A stretch of 64,000 nt of DNA from Myxococcota bacterium (GCA_041389525.1 JAWKRR010000022.1:19130-83129); one strand, 5' to 3'. Positions 17,433 through 28,317 are shown, numbered from the stretch's first letter. Program-made: numbers and translations. The notes: generated by a model not told the origin, from the sequence alone.

Positions 17433-18791
17433 ATGAGAGCTGCCGCCTCAACGGCCGTCCTGGCCCTTTGCATCGCGGCGACGGGCCTGGGTCTCGCCCC
17501 GGCGGCCCACGCCGGCAACGACGACTCGGTGCTGATCGGCGACGAGGCTGTCCTCAGCGGCGGCGCGGTCACGGCGACGGTCAAGACGGGTGCGGCGCTC
17601 TGGTACAACCCGGCCGGGCTGAGCCGCGTGTCCCGCGACACGGTGGACGTCAGCGGGACGGCCTACGCCCTGCGGCTGTACCGCGTGCCGCGCCTGGTCG
17701 AGCTCTACGGCGGCGAGAAGGCGGACGGGCGCATGAACGAGGTGCTGGTCATCCCGACCGCCCTCACCTATGTGCGCGCCTTCGGTAAGGCGAGGGTGGG
17801 GCTTGGCGTGTTCGTCGTGGACAGCGAGAACATGAAGCTGCGCTCGCACCTGGTGGCCTTCAAGCCGCAGCTCGGCCTGACCAACGAGTGGCTGCTGGCC
17901 ATCGAGGCCAAGTCCCAGCAGTACCGCGCGGTGCTTGGCGCGGCGTGGCGCCCGTCGGCGCGGCTCAGCGTCGGCTTCAGCTTCCAGGGTGTGTATCAAG
18001 CCAGCTCAGGGTCAGCGGTCTTCGCCGGCGGCTTCAACGACGGCACCGTCAACTCCACCTCGCCGGGCTTCGTGTCCTTCGCGACGCAGCTCTCCGAGAC
18101 GGGCATTGGGCTGGCGCTCTCCCTGGGCGTGCAGTGGGAGCCCGTCGACGACCTCTTCATCGGCGCCAGCGTGCAGTCGCCGGTGCTGCTCATCTACTCG
18201 TCGGCCAGCGAGTCCAGCAGCCTCGGAAACGCGTTCGTAAACCAGGGCATCGGCGTCTTCGACACCAGCGACACCACCAACTCCGACGCGACCCTGGACA
18301 TCGTGGTCCCGACGCGACTTCGCCTCGGCGTCGCCTACGAATACAAGGCGGTCAGCTTCTCCGTGGAGGCCGACATCCAGCACAAGCTGCGCAACGAGGC
18401 CTTCCAAGTGGACAGGAGATTCCTGTGGAATCTGCGCGCCGGCCTGCAGGGGCGCGTCAGCTCCACGATGACCCTGGGCGGCGGGTTTTTCACCGACCGC
18501 AGCCCCGAGCAGCCCGCGCGCACCCTGGGGGCGGCGGACGTGGACTTCTACGGGTTCTCGCTGGGCCTGTCCTACCTGAAAGACCGGCGCCTGGACTCGA
18601 CGACCGAGAAGCGGGACCGGCTGACCTTCGGGTCGACCTTCGGGCTGCGCTACGCCTACGGCAAGGGCGATTTCGGCGGGGCCGCGCTGAGCGACACCTT
18701 CGCCGACTTCAACGACCTCATCCGCGAGGGCCCGCGCCGGGCGACGATTCACGAGATCGCCCTCTACCTGGGGACGAGCTTCCTGTTCTGA
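17433..18791 (+). CDS. putative outer-membrane beta-barrel protein
   Basis: Signal peptide 'MRAAASTAVLALCIAATGLGLAPAAHA'. Alternating hydrophobic beta-strand pattern and a C-terminal '...YLGTSFLF' aromatic end typical of OMPs. Confidence 0.55.
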   Translation: MRAAASTAVLALCIAATGLGLAPAAHAGNDDSVLIGDEAVLSGGAVTATVKTGAALWYNPAGLSRVSRDTVDVSGTAYALRLYRVPRLVELYGGEKADGRMNEVLVIPTALTYVRAFGKARVGLGVFVVDSENMKLRSHLVAFKPQLGLTNEWLLAIEAKSQQYRAVLGAAWRPSARLSVGFSFQGVYQASSGSAVFAGGFNDGTVNSTSPGFVSFATQLSETGIGLALSLGVQWEPVDDLFIGASVQSPVLLIYSSASESSSLGNAFVNQGIGVFDTSDTTNSDATLDIVVPTRLRLGVAYEYKAVSFSVEADIQHKLRNEAFQVDRRFLWNLRAGLQGRVSSTMTLGGGFFTDRSPEQPARTLGAADVDFYGFSLGLSYLKDRRLDSTTEKRDRLTFGSTFGLRYAYGKGDFGGAALSDTFADFNDLIREGPRRATIHEIALYLGTSFLF

Positions 18792-18822
18792 GCGCGGGGC
18801 GGGCGGGCGCAGGGGGCTGCGC

Positions 18823-19953
18823 TCAGTCGTCGCCGGAGCCGCCCAGCTTCCCGCTCATCGCCTCGGCCTCAGCCTGCAAGCGCGCGGCCGCCTCGACCTT
18901 GGCTGCGTCGCCGCTGCGCGCCGCCTCGCCCAGCATCTTCCACGCCTGCCGACGAAGCTCGAGGTAGCGCAGCAGGTCCGCCTGGAGCGCGCGCTGCCGG
19001 TCCTGCGCCCGGCTGAGGTCCAGCGCCCGAAAGCGCGCCTCGGCGGCCGTCCAGGGCGAGATGACTTGGGCCTCCAGCGCGTCAGCGAACTCCGCGTCGG
19101 TGATGCGCCCAGCTTGAGCGTCCTCGATGAGCTCGCCGTAAGCCGCCACCACCGTCTTTTCGACAGACGCGAGCTGGTCTATCTCGCCCTGCAGGTCGGG
19201 GAGCTTGGGCAGGTTCAGGGTGGCGCCGTAGATCGCCGCGGCCGACGCGAGACCGACGCCCAGCGCCCGCAGCAGCCGCCGGTCCGGGCCGCCCGCGCGC
19301 AGGGTCGGCGCCAGCCCGAGGCCACACAGAAAGCCCGCCGCCAGCCCGCCCAGATGCGCGGCCATGTCGATGCCGGGCACGGCCATGCCGAAGGCGACGT
19401 TGTAGACCACGAAGAGCCCGGCGTTCTTGGCGATGCCGCTCACCGCCGCGCGCGGGATGATGCCGCGGCGCATGACCACGACGCCGAGCAGGCAGCCGAA
19501 GACGCCGAAGACCGCGCCCGACGCCCCAGCGCTTACGACGTAGGGGTTCCACCACGTGCTGGCCAGGCTCCCCGCGAGCCCGCTGGCCACGTACATCACC
19601 ACGAAGCTCGCGTTGCCGACGATGCGCTCGACCATGCGGCCCGCGTCCCACAGCACGTACATATTGAACGCGATGTGCACGACGCCGATGTGGATGAACA
19701 TCGCCGCCGCGAGGCGCCACCACTCGCCCGACGTCGTCAGCGGCGCGTAGTTGGCGCCCCACTGCAGCAGGTCGGGCACGGTCGGCGAGAAGAAGTGCAC
19801 GCCGCTGACCACCATGGTGACCCAGACCGCGAGGTTGGCCAGCACCAGCAGGGGCGTGACCCAAATCCGCGGAGTCATCCGGTGCAGCAGGAGCGCAAAC
19901 TCCATCTGGTCCCGCTCTTCCAGTAGCGCCGTCACTGCGTCGTCGTCAGCCAT
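18823..19953 (-). CDS. rhomboid-family intramembrane serine protease with a long C-terminal soluble extension
   Basis: Rhomboid motifs 'GASGAVFGVFG' (catalytic Ser) and 'AHLGGLAAG' (catalytic His) within 6 TM helices. About 150 aa of Ala/Glu/Arg-rich coiled-coil-like tail follows. Confidence 0.75.
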   Translation of the reverse strand: MADDDAVTALLEERDQMEFALLLHRMTPRIWVTPLLVLANLAVWVTMVVSGVHFFSPTVPDLLQWGANYAPLTTSGEWWRLAAAMFIHIGVVHIAFNMYVLWDAGRMVERIVGNASFVVMYVASGLAGSLASTWWNPYVVSAGASGAVFGVFGCLLGVVVMRRGIIPRAAVSGIAKNAGLFVVYNVAFGMAVPGIDMAAHLGGLAAGFLCGLGLAPTLRAGGPDRRLLRALGVGLASAAAIYGATLNLPKLPDLQGEIDQLASVEKTVVAAYGELIEDAQAGRITDAEFADALEAQVISPWTAAEARFRALDLSRAQDRQRALQADLLRYLELRRQAWKMLGEAARSGDAAKVEAAARLQAEAEAMSGKLGGSGDD

Positions 19954-20271
19954 GGCCGCATCATATCGGCGGGGGCGCGGTCGTCCACTGGGTTGGGCGT
20001 GTGCGACCGGATGTTGCGCCCTCTCCAGAGCCGTCCCCGGACGATCGGCTCGGGGTCTTCAGCGCGGTCCGATTGTTTCCGGCAGGTAACAAAACGGTTT
20101 ATTTTCGCGCCCTTTGTGACCGCGTCCGGCCCCCCATCGCGGCCTGGGAAAGGGCCAGTCATTCCGGGGGGAAATCGGGGGTGGCGCGGCGCCCGAGATC
20201 GCGTGTCAAGCGCCCCGACGAGCCCGTGATGCCCTTGCAAGACGGCGGCTCGAGGCGCAACGTAGCGGTCG

Positions 20272-23200
20272 ATGAGACTACTGATACAGCACCGTACTTC
20301 CTACATCTACCCGCGCCCCGCCAACCTCGGACCCCACGTAGTCCGCCTCCGCCCCGCGACCCACGCCCGCGCCCACATCGAGAGCTACAGCCTCACGGTT
20401 CCGGACGAAGCGCTGGTCCACTGGCAGCAGGACCCCCAGGCAAATCACGTCGCTCGGCTCACGTTCCGCGACGGAGTCCGCTTCGAGCGTTTCGACGTCG
20501 TGGTCGAGATTACGGCGGACATTCGGCCGGTGAACCCGTTTGACTTCTTTGTCGACGAGTACGCGACCGATCTGCCATTCGCCTACCCGGAAGAGCTGGC
20601 GCGCAGTCTGGCGGCATACCTCGAGACCACGAGCCCCGCTTACGAGGCGGGCCCGCTCTTCGAGGCGTTTGTGGCGGCACACCCGGGCCACGGCGGCACG
20701 GTGGCCTACGTGGTCGAGCTGGCCGGGAAAGTGGCGGCGAGCGTGCGCTATGTCATCCGCGAGGAGTCCGGCGTCTGGACCCCCGAGGAGACGCTGGCCC
20801 AGGGGCGCGGCTCGTGCCGTGACTCGGCCGTGTTGCTGGTCGCCGCCCTCCGACGCGCCGGCCTGGCGGCCCGATTCGCCAGTGGATACCTGGTACAATT
20901 GGCCGACGAGGGCATGATCCCCGACCAGCCGCGCGGCGTGGACCGCGACGTCGTCGACTTGCACGCCTGGGCCGAGGTGTATCTGCCGGGCGCCGGCTGG
21001 GTCGGCATCGACGGCACCAGCGGGCTGCTCTGCGGTGAAGGGCACATTCCGCTGGCCTGCACGCCCTCGCCGGGCCTCGCCGCCCCGCTGGAGGGCACCA
21101 GCGACGTGTTCGCCAGCGCGCTCGACTTCGCGATGATCGTCGGTCGGGTCGGCCACGAGGCCAGCCCGACCACCCCCTACACCGAGGCGACGTGGCAGCA
21201 GCTGCTTGCCCAAGCCGCGGCCGCCGACGAGCGCCTGGTCGAGGAGGGCCTGCACCTGACCCTGGGCGGCGAGCCGACCTTCAACAGCCGCGAGCACCCC
21301 GACGAGCCCGAGTGGGGCCCCGAGGCGCTGGGCGACACCAAGTGGGCGCTGGGGCTGACCCTGGCGGATTCGCTCAGGCGGCGCTTGGCTCCGGGCGGGC
21401 TTGTCTTTCAACGCCAAGGCAAGCACTACCCCGGCGAGTCCTTGCCGCGCTGGGCCCTGGACATCATCGCGCGCCGCAGCGGCGAGCCGATCTGGCGCGA
21501 GATGCCCGCGCCCGCCGCGCCGCCGAAGGCCGACAAGCACGCCGCCGCCAAAGCGGCCCCGGACGCCGCGCTGGCCAAGGACGCCGAGGCCTTCGCCCGA
21601 GACCTGGCCACCCGCCTTGGCTTCGCCGACTTCCTGCAGCCCGCCTACGAGGACCCCTGGCCCTTCTTGATGGCCGAGCAGAGCTTGCCGCCCGACGAGG
21701 ACGCCCTCGCGACCAACCTCCACGACCCCGAAGACCGCCGCCGCCTCGCCCGAATCCTCAATCGCGGCCTGGGTGAACCGGCCGGTTGGGTGCTGCCCTT
21801 CATCCGCATCAAAGACCGCTGGCACAGCTCGAAGTGGGCCTTCCGCCGCGGCCACATCTTCCTGCTGCAAGGCGACAGCCCCGTGGGCCTGCGCCTGCCG
21901 CTGGGCTCGCTGCCCGAGTGCCTGCCGGTGCCCTCGCCCGTCGAGCCCGCCATCGTGAAGAAGGACCCGCGCCTCGTCGACGAGCCGGAGCCCGATGAAA
22001 CGGACGCGGGCGACGAGGCCGATGACCCGCGCGAGGTCCGCACCGCGCTCTGCGTCGAGCCCCGCGACGGCGCCGTCCACGTCTTCATGCCGCCGCTCGC
22101 CAGCGCCGAAGAGTTCTTCACCGTGGTCGAGCTCATCCAGCAATCCCGCGACGCCACCGGCGTGGACCTCCGCCTCGGCGGCTACTCCCCGCCGTCGGGC
22201 CCCGACCTCTTCCGCTTCGCCGTAACTCCCGACCCCGGCGTGCTCGAGGTCAACCTCCCGCCGGTCGCGTCCATCGCCGAATACGACCCGCTGATCCACG
22301 CCGTCTTCGACTGCGCGCTCGCCTCGGGCCTGCACTCCGAAAAATACATGCTCGACGGCCGGCAGCAGGGCAGCGGCGGCGGCAACCACCTGACCATGGG
22401 CGGCCCGAAGCTCCTCGAGAGCCCGTTCTTGCTGCGCCCCGACCTGCTCGCCAGCCTCATCACGTTCACGCAGCACCACCCGTCGCTGTCCTACCTGTTC
22501 ACCGGCCTCTTCGTGGGCCCGACCTCTCAGGCCCCGCGCGTCGACGAGGCCCGCCACGACTCGCTCTACGAGCTCGAGCTCGCGCTGGAGCGCGCCCACG
22601 ACACCCTGGAAGACGACGAGCCGCCCGTCCCGTGGCTTGGCGACATGCTCTTCCGGAACCTGCTCATCGACGTCGCCGGCAACACGCACCGCGCCGAGAT
22701 CTCCATCGACAAGCTCTTCGATCCCGGCGGCGCCCACGGCCGCCAGGGCCTCGTCGAGCTCCGCGCCTACGAGATGCCGCCCCACCCGCGCATGGCGACG
22801 GCCCAAGCCGCCCTCGCCCGCACCCTCATCGCCGCCTTCTCGCGCACCCCCTACCGCGCGCCGCTGGTCCGCTGGGGCCAAGCCCTGCACGACCGCTTCC
22901 TGCTGCCCTACTACCTGTGGCGCGACTTCCAGGACGTCCTGGACTGGCTCGAAGCCGAGGGCGTGCCCCTGCCCGCCGACGCCTACCTGCCCTTCGTCGA
23001 CCTCCGCTGCCCCCTGGTCGGGCGGCTCCACGCCGGCGACGTCACCGTCGAGGTCCGCAACGCCCTGGAGCCCTGGCCCGTCCTGGGCGAGCAGACCACG
23101 GGCGCCGCCACCTCGCGCTACGTCGACAGCTCCATGGAGCGCGTCGAGCTGCGCGTCCAAGGCCTCACCCCCGAGCGCCACGCCATCGTCGTCGCCGGCC

Positions 23201-23595
23201 TCGAGGTCCCACTGCGCCCCACCGAGACCGCCGGCGAGCTGGTCGGCGGCGTGCGTTTCCGCGCCTGGGCCCCGCCCTACTCCCTCCAGCCCCACCTGGG
23301 CATCCATCACCCCCTCCGGATCGACGTCGTCGACCGCTGGGCCGACCGCAGCCTGGGCGGCGCCGCCTACCACGTCTGGCACCCCGAGGGCCGCGCCTTC
23401 GACGGCCAGCCCCTGACCCGCTTCGAGGCCGCCGCCCGCCGCGCCCAGCGCTTCACCCAAGAGGGCCCCCTGCCCTGGCCCGTCCGCCCGACCCCGGTCG
23501 CGCCTCACCCGGACACCCCCTACACCCTCGATCTCCGCCGCTTCCAAGTCGACCACCCCATGCCCACCGCGCCGCCCGCCGACGAAGCGGAGTAG
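20272..23595 (+). CDS. large transglutaminase-family protein (Bact_transglu_N, transglutaminase-like core, DUF2126-type C-terminal region), 1107 aa
   Basis: N-terminus '[28 protein letters not shown]' is the Bact_transglu_N signature. Transglutaminase core '[30 protein letters not shown]...[23 protein letters not shown]' (Cys, His, Asp). The long antisense ORF 20278..23652(-) is an artefact. Confidence 0.85.
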   Translation: MRLLIQHRTSYIYPRPANLGPHVVRLRPATHARAHIESYSLTVPDEALVHWQQDPQANHVARLTFRDGVRFERFDVVVEITADIRPVNPFDFFVDEYATDLPFAYPEELARSLAAYLETTSPAYEAGPLFEAFVAAHPGHGGTVAYVVELAGKVAASVRYVIREESGVWTPEETLAQGRGSCRDSAVLLVAALRRAGLAARFASGYLVQLADEGMIPDQPRGVDRDVVDLHAWAEVYLPGAGWVGIDGTSGLLCGEGHIPLACTPSPGLAAPLEGTSDVFASALDFAMIVGRVGHEASPTTPYTEATWQQLLAQAAAADERLVEEGLHLTLGGEPTFNSREHPDEPEWGPEALGDTKWALGLTLADSLRRRLAPGGLVFQRQGKHYPGESLPRWALDIIARRSGEPIWREMPAPAAPPKADKHAAAKAAPDAALAKDAEAFARDLATRLGFADFLQPAYEDPWPFLMAEQSLPPDEDALATNLHDPEDRRRLARILNRGLGEPAGWVLPFIRIKDRWHSSKWAFRRGHIFLLQGDSPVGLRLPLGSLPECLPVPSPVEPAIVKKDPRLVDEPEPDETDAGDEADDPREVRTALCVEPRDGAVHVFMPPLASAEEFFTVVELIQQSRDATGVDLRLGGYSPPSGPDLFRFAVTPDPGVLEVNLPPVASIAEYDPLIHAVFDCALASGLHSEKYMLDGRQQGSGGGNHLTMGGPKLLESPFLLRPDLLASLITFTQHHPSLSYLFTGLFVGPTSQAPRVDEARHDSLYELELALERAHDTLEDDEPPVPWLGDMLFRNLLIDVAGNTHRAEISIDKLFDPGGAHGRQGLVELRAYEMPPHPRMATAQAALARTLIAAFSRTPYRAPLVRWGQALHDRFLLPYYLWRDFQDVLDWLEAEGVPLPADAYLPFVDLRCPLVGRLHAGDVTVEVRNALEPWPVLGEQTTGAATSRYVDSSMERVELRVQGLTPERHAIVVAGLEVPLRPTETAGELVGGVRFRAWAPPYSLQPHLGIHHPLRIDVVDRWADRSLGGAAYHVWHPEGRAFDGQPLTRFEAAARRAQRFTQEGPLPWPVRPTPVAPHPDTPYTLDLRRFQVDHPMPTAPPADEAE

Positions 23596-23654
23596 CCCGT
23601 GGCCATGTCCGCGCCCTGCCGCCCCCGCCCCCGCCTTTGCCCACGGAGCCACCC

Positions 23655-25106
23655 GTGACCCCCACGCTCTTCGAGAACTACACGCCCGAACCCGACGCCT
23701 TCGACGAACTCTTCGGTCGCGTCGGGATGCCCCGAGACCCCTTCGCGCCGCTGCTCACCGAGGTCGAGCGCGCCATCGACAACGACTTCGAGCGCCTCCA
23801 ACGCCTCGCAGACCGCGTGCTGCTGCAGTCCGGCGTGACCTTCTCCGTCTACGCGGACCAAGCCGGCACCGAGAAGATCTTCCCCTTCGATCTGCTGCCC
23901 CGCGTCATCAACGCCACCGAGTGGGGCCACCTCGACCGCGGCCTGCGCCAGCGCGTCCAAGCGCTGCAGCTCTTCCTCGACGACGTCTACGGCGACCAGC
24001 GCATCCTGGCCGAGGGCATCATCCCCAAAGAGCTGGTCCTCGGCGCCAGCCAGTACACGCCGCTGGTCTGCGGTATCAAGCCCGCCCGCGGCGTGCGCAT
24101 CCACATCGGCGGCATCGACATGGTGCGCGACGGCGCCGGGACCTGGCTGGTCCTCGAAGACAACGTCCGCACGCCCTCCGGCGTCTCCTACGTGATGGAG
24201 AATCGCCTCGTCACCAAGCGCGTCTTCGCCGCCGCGTTCCGCGAGGCCCAGGTCCAGCGCGTCGACTTCTACCCGTCGAAGCTGGCCGAGAGCCTGCGCT
24301 CCGTCGCGCCCTGCGACCCCTCCGAGGCCACCGTCGTCGTCCTGACGCCGGGCATGCACAACTCCGCCTACTTCGAGCACAGCTTCCTGGCCCGCACCAT
24401 GGGCCTGCCGCTGACCGAGCCGGGCGACCTCTACGTCGAAAACGACCACGTCTGGCTCAAGATGACCCAGGGCCCAAGGCGCGTGGACGTCATCTACCGG
24501 CGCATCGACGACGCCTTCATCGACCCGGCCGCCTTCCGCCCCGACACGCTGCTCGGCGTGCGCGGCCTCATCGGCGCCTGGGCGAAGGGCAACGTCGCCC
24601 TGGCCAACGCGCCCGGCAACGGCGTCGCCGACGACAAGGCGATCTACCCGTACGTGCCCGATATGGTCAGGTTTTACCTGTCTGAAGAGCCGATCCTCGA
24701 GCAGGTGCCGACCTGGCTCTGCGACCGCGAGGACGAGCGCAAGTACGTGCTCGAACACCTCGACGAGATGGTGGTCAAGTCGGTGGACGAGGCCGGTGGC
24801 TACGGCATGTTGATGGGCCCCAGCGCGTCGAAGGCCGAGCGCGACGCCTTCGCCGAGCGCATCAAGGCGACGCCGCGCAAGTACATCGCCCAGCATCGCC
24901 TGGAGCTGTCGACCTGCCCGACGTGGATCCCCGAGACCAAGCGCTTCGAGCCGCGCCGCGTCGACCTGCGGCCCTACATCCTGACGGGCGCCGACGGCCC
25001 CTGGGTGCTGCCGGGCGGGCTGACGCGCGTGGCGCTGCCGAAGGGCTCCTACGTGGTGAACTCGAGCCAGGGCGGCGGCTCCAAGGACACATGGGTGCTG
25101 CGGTGA
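23655..25106 (+). CDS. circularly permuted ATP-grasp protein (DUF404/DUF407 type)
   Basis: GTG 23655. '[17 protein letters not shown]...QSGVTFSVY...[11 protein letters not shown]...[21 protein letters not shown]' is characteristic of the CP ATP-grasp family encoded next to alpha-E proteins. The frame is shared with the Arg-rich upstream part of ORF 22632..25106, which is not coding. Confidence 0.85.
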   Translation: MTPTLFENYTPEPDAFDELFGRVGMPRDPFAPLLTEVERAIDNDFERLQRLADRVLLQSGVTFSVYADQAGTEKIFPFDLLPRVINATEWGHLDRGLRQRVQALQLFLDDVYGDQRILAEGIIPKELVLGASQYTPLVCGIKPARGVRIHIGGIDMVRDGAGTWLVLEDNVRTPSGVSYVMENRLVTKRVFAAAFREAQVQRVDFYPSKLAESLRSVAPCDPSEATVVVLTPGMHNSAYFEHSFLARTMGLPLTEPGDLYVENDHVWLKMTQGPRRVDVIYRRIDDAFIDPAAFRPDTLLGVRGLIGAWAKGNVALANAPGNGVADDKAIYPYVPDMVRFYLSEEPILEQVPTWLCDREDERKYVLEHLDEMVVKSVDEAGGYGMLMGPSASKAERDAFAERIKATPRKYIAQHRLELSTCPTWIPETKRFEPRRVDLRPYILTGADGPWVLPGGLTRVALPKGSYVVNSSQGGGSKDTWVLR

Positions 25107-25127
25107 TGGGGGCCGACACACATGACC

Positions 25128-25142
25128 GATCTCGGGCTGGCG
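25128..25142 (-). repeat. REP-like motif copy (GATCTCGGGCTGGCG, inverted orientation) between the ATP-grasp and alpha-E genes
   Basis: Exact reverse complement of CGCCAGCCCGAGATC. Other copies: 3147-3161(+), 12911-12925(+), 39093-39106(+, coding), 41088-41101(-, variant), 45348-45361(-), 45972-45986(+), 59542-59555(+), 57417-57430(-, variant, coding), 20190-20200 (variant). Confidence 0.6.
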
Positions 25143-25167
25143 TTCTCGGCCTCACGGAGGTGACCAA

Positions 25168-26145
25168 GTGATTTCACGCGTCGCAGACCACTGCTTCTGG
25201 CTCGGGCGCTATCTCGAGCGAACGGAGAGCACCTCGCGGATGCTCTTCGTGACCGCAAACCTGGCCCTGGACACGGAGATCGCGTCCAGCGACGTGTGGC
25301 GGCCTGTCATCATCGTGTCGGGCGAAGAGGAGCGCTTCCTCGAGCGCTTCGACGAAGAGCGCGCGGGCGACGCCGAGACCGTGCAGGACTACCTGACCTG
25401 GGACCCGCAATGCGGCGTCTCGCTGCTGGCGTCCATCGACGCGGCGCGCTGGAACGCCCGGGCGATGCGCGAGGTCATCAGCCTGGAGGTGTGGGAGACC
25501 GTCAACGAGCTGCACCTGTGGCTGCGTACCGACGCCGCGCGCGGCCTCTGGACCGACGGGCGCTACGATTTCTACCGGCACATCAACCGCCAGGTGCAGC
25601 TCGTGCTGGGGCAGATCCACGGGACCATGCTGCACAACCACGCCATGGACTTCATCTGGATGGGCGTGCTGCTGGAGCGCACCGGGCAGACCGCGCGCAC
25701 CCTGGACGTCCACCACCACGTGCTGACCCAGCTCGAGGCGCGCGCCGCCGACCCGGGCGTGGGCATGGTGCTGTGGCCGTCGCTGCTGCGGGCGTGCTCG
25801 GCACTCGAGCCCTTCATGAAGAGCAGCGGCGGGGTCATCAGCGGGCGCCGCGTGGCCGATTTCCTGCTGCTGGAGCGGGAGTTTCCGCGTTCGGTTCGCT
25901 TCTGCGTGCGCCGCTCGTGGGAGTGCTTGAGCCGCATCCGGCCGCCGACCGCCGCGAACCTGCCCGGGGGCGAAACCCTCGAGCGGGTGCGGGCTCTGGA
26001 CGCTTGGATGCAGGGGATTTCGACGGAAGGGCTTTCCCACGACCGATTCCACGATATCCTCACGCACGTCGTCGACGAGACCGCCTCCATCTGCGCGGGC
26101 CTCGGAAACGAGGTCCTGGGTCACGGCGACGCGCCCCAGGCCTAG
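25168..26145 (+). CDS. alpha-E domain protein (DUF403)
   Basis: 'MISRVADHCFWLGRYLERTESTSRML' is the canonical alpha-E N-terminus. 62-bp gap from the ATP-grasp gene. Confidence 0.85.
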   Translation: MISRVADHCFWLGRYLERTESTSRMLFVTANLALDTEIASSDVWRPVIIVSGEEERFLERFDEERAGDAETVQDYLTWDPQCGVSLLASIDAARWNARAMREVISLEVWETVNELHLWLRTDAARGLWTDGRYDFYRHINRQVQLVLGQIHGTMLHNHAMDFIWMGVLLERTGQTARTLDVHHHVLTQLEARAADPGVGMVLWPSLLRACSALEPFMKSSGGVISGRRVADFLLLEREFPRSVRFCVRRSWECLSRIRPPTAANLPGGETLERVRALDAWMQGISTEGLSHDRFHDILTHVVDETASICAGLGNEVLGHGDAPQA

Positions 26146-26155
26146 CGCCCGGGCC

Positions 26156-27913
26156 TTGCCGCCTACCGCCGTCGCGCCCCGTCCGGAGACCGTCTTGCCC
26201 AATATGCTCGCGATGTCCTTCGAGGGCGTGCTCGCCCCGTCTTTTGAACTGCGCGGGCTGCGCACCGGCCCCCTCCCGGACGGCTGGGGCGTCGGCTTCT
26301 ACGGTGGAAAAGAGCCAGCCGCCACCGTGCTAAAAGAGCACGCGCCGAGCCCCGGAGGCATGCGCTCGGAGCTCATCAAGTCCTGGGATCACCTGTCGTC
26401 ATCGACCTTCCTGATGCACATCCGGCGCGCGCGCTGGGGAAGCATCAGCGACGCCAACACGCAGCCCTTCGTGCGGACCTGGGGCGGGCGCGACTGGATG
26501 TTCGCCCACGCGGGCTCGCTGGACACGGTGCCGGCCATCAGCGGCCCGTCGCTCTTCGAGCCGGTCGGCAGCACCGACAGCGAGCTGGTCTTCTGCATCC
26601 TGATGAACCGCATCGCCGAGCGCGGCTGGCGGTCTTTGGGCGAGGTCGACATCGACGAGACGCTGGCGCTGCTGCGGAACATGGACGACTACGGCAGCTT
26701 CTCGGTGGTGCTCTGCGACGGCACGGACCTGCTGGCGTACACCGACTGCCAGGGGCAGGCGCCGCTGTATCTGTGGGAGCGCCGGCCGCCCTACAACAGC
26801 CTGACCTTCGGCGACGTGGACCTGAAGGTGGACCTCTTTAGCCGAGGTATCACCAGCCGAAACGGCATCGTGCTGAGCTCCGAGCTGCTCGAGCAGGACG
26901 GCCCGCCGGCGAAGTGGCAGCAGATCCCGTCCGGCGAGCTGCTCATCGCGCGCCAGGGCACGGTGCGGCTGCGCACGGGCAGCCAGCACATCGCGCCGCG
27001 GCTGCACGTCTACTCCGCACCCGCACCGCCGGGTGGCGTCGAGCCCAAGACCTTCCGCGTCCGCCACAGCAGCGTCTACACCTACGAGAAGGCGGTGGAG
27101 CGCAGCGACCACCTGCTGCGGCTGACCCCCATCGAGGACGCGCTGCAGCGTGTGAACTCGCACAGCATCCAGGTCTCGGTCGACGGTCGGGCCCGCGACT
27201 TCGAGGACGTCTTCGGAAATCGCTGCCGCCGCCTGCTCATCGAGACGCCCTTCACCGAGATGAGCATCGTCGCCGAGAGCATCGTCGAGGTGCGCGACAC
27301 CGACCCCTTCCACTACCGGCCGCTGCGCGCGCGGACCCGCATCCCGCTGGTCTGGATGCCGTGGCAGCGCCACATGCTGGCGCCCTACATGCTGCCGCCG
27401 GAGCTGCCCGAGTCGCAGCTAGGCACCCTGACCGACTACGCGATGAACTTCGTCGAGCGAAACGACTACGACCTGGTCCAGACCCTGCTCGACATGAACC
27501 TGACCATCTTCAACGAGTACAAGTACGAGCAGGGCTCGACGACCCTGGCGACGACGGCCTTCGAGACCTACGTCGACCGCCAGGGCGTGTGCCAGGACTT
27601 CGCCAACCTGCTCATCGCGATGTCGCGGCTGCTGGGCGTGCCGGCCCGCTACGCCGCCGGCTACATCTACACGGGGCCCAAGGCGGTGAACCAGGTGCAG
27701 TCGGAGGCCTCGCACGCGTGGGTGCAGTGCTACCTGCCCGAGCTTGGCTGGAAGGGGCTGGACCCGACGAACGGCCTGGTCACCCAGACCGACCACATCC
27801 GCGTGGCGGTCGGCCGCAACTACGTCGACGCCACGCCGACGGGCGGCACCATCTACGTCGGTGGGCTGGGCGAGACCCTGGTGGTCGACGTCCAGGTCGA
27901 GCCCATCGCGTAG
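26156..27913 (+). CDS. fusion protein: YafJ-type class II glutamine-amidotransferase-like (Ntn) domain plus C-terminal transglutaminase-like cysteine-protease domain
   Basis: The N-terminal domain aligns with E. coli YafJ ('DGWGVGFY' vs DGWGITFY; 'NTQPF' vs NTHPF; 'GRDWMFAHAGSL' vs GRNWTYAHNGQL; 'PVGSTDSELVFCIL' vs PVGETDSEKAFCWL). The C-terminus 'GVCQDFANLLIAMSRLLGVPARYAAGYIY...SHAWVQCYLPELGWKGLDPTNG' is a Bact_transglu/TGase core. The start is ATG 26156 or 26204; 11-bp gap from the alpha-E gene. Confidence 0.8.
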   Translation: MPPTAVAPRPETVLPNMLAMSFEGVLAPSFELRGLRTGPLPDGWGVGFYGGKEPAATVLKEHAPSPGGMRSELIKSWDHLSSSTFLMHIRRARWGSISDANTQPFVRTWGGRDWMFAHAGSLDTVPAISGPSLFEPVGSTDSELVFCILMNRIAERGWRSLGEVDIDETLALLRNMDDYGSFSVVLCDGTDLLAYTDCQGQAPLYLWERRPPYNSLTFGDVDLKVDLFSRGITSRNGIVLSSELLEQDGPPAKWQQIPSGELLIARQGTVRLRTGSQHIAPRLHVYSAPAPPGGVEPKTFRVRHSSVYTYEKAVERSDHLLRLTPIEDALQRVNSHSIQVSVDGRARDFEDVFGNRCRRLLIETPFTEMSIVAESIVEVRDTDPFHYRPLRARTRIPLVWMPWQRHMLAPYMLPPELPESQLGTLTDYAMNFVERNDYDLVQTLLDMNLTIFNEYKYEQGSTTLATTAFETYVDRQGVCQDFANLLIAMSRLLGVPARYAAGYIYTGPKAVNQVQSEASHAWVQCYLPELGWKGLDPTNGLVTQTDHIRVAVGRNYVDATPTGGTIYVGGLGETLVVDVQVEPIA

Positions 27914-27951
27914 CCCCCGCCGCCCCAACCCCTGCGCCCCGCGAGGCCCCC

Positions 27952-28317
27952 ATGCTGCAGAAAGTCGCCTTCACCCTGGTCCCGATCAAGGACGCCGCCC
28001 GCGCCCGGGCCTTCTACGAGGACACCCTCGGCCTGACCCGCGGCAGCCACCACGAAGACGGCACGTGGACCGAGTACGACCTGCCCGGAGGCGGCTGTCT
28101 GGCGCTCTTCCGCTCCGACGACCTGCAGCCGAGCAACACCGCCGGCAGCACCGTCGCCTTCGAGGTCGACGACCTCGACGCGCTCAACGCGACACTCAAA
28201 TCCCAAGGCGTCACCTACGCCCAAGACATGATCCACTCCCCGGTGTGCCGGATGTCGGTCATCGTCGACTCCGAGGGCAACGGCCTGCTCCTCCACGAGC
28301 TCAAGGCGAAGCCCTAG
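27952..28317 (+). CDS. VOC (glyoxalase/bleomycin-resistance fold) family protein
   Basis: 121 aa. 'VAFTLVPIKDAARARAFYEDTLGL' and 'TVAFEVDDLDALNATLKSQGV' form beta-alpha-beta-beta-beta VOC modules. It is the in-frame tail of ORF 26914..28317, whose upstream part is Arg/Ala noise. Confidence 0.65.
   Translation: MLQKVAFTLVPIKDAARARAFYEDTLGLTRGSHHEDGTWTEYDLPGGGCLALFRSDDLQPSNTAGSTVAFEVDDLDALNATLKSQGVTYAQDMIHSPVCRMSVIVDSEGNGLLLHELKAKP

Noticed and set aside
20278-23652. 1124-aa minus-strand ORF covering the transglutaminase gene
   Set aside because: Antisense of a strongly supported 1107-aa transglutaminase-family gene. Its translation is Gly/Ala/Arg-rich with no recognisable domain.
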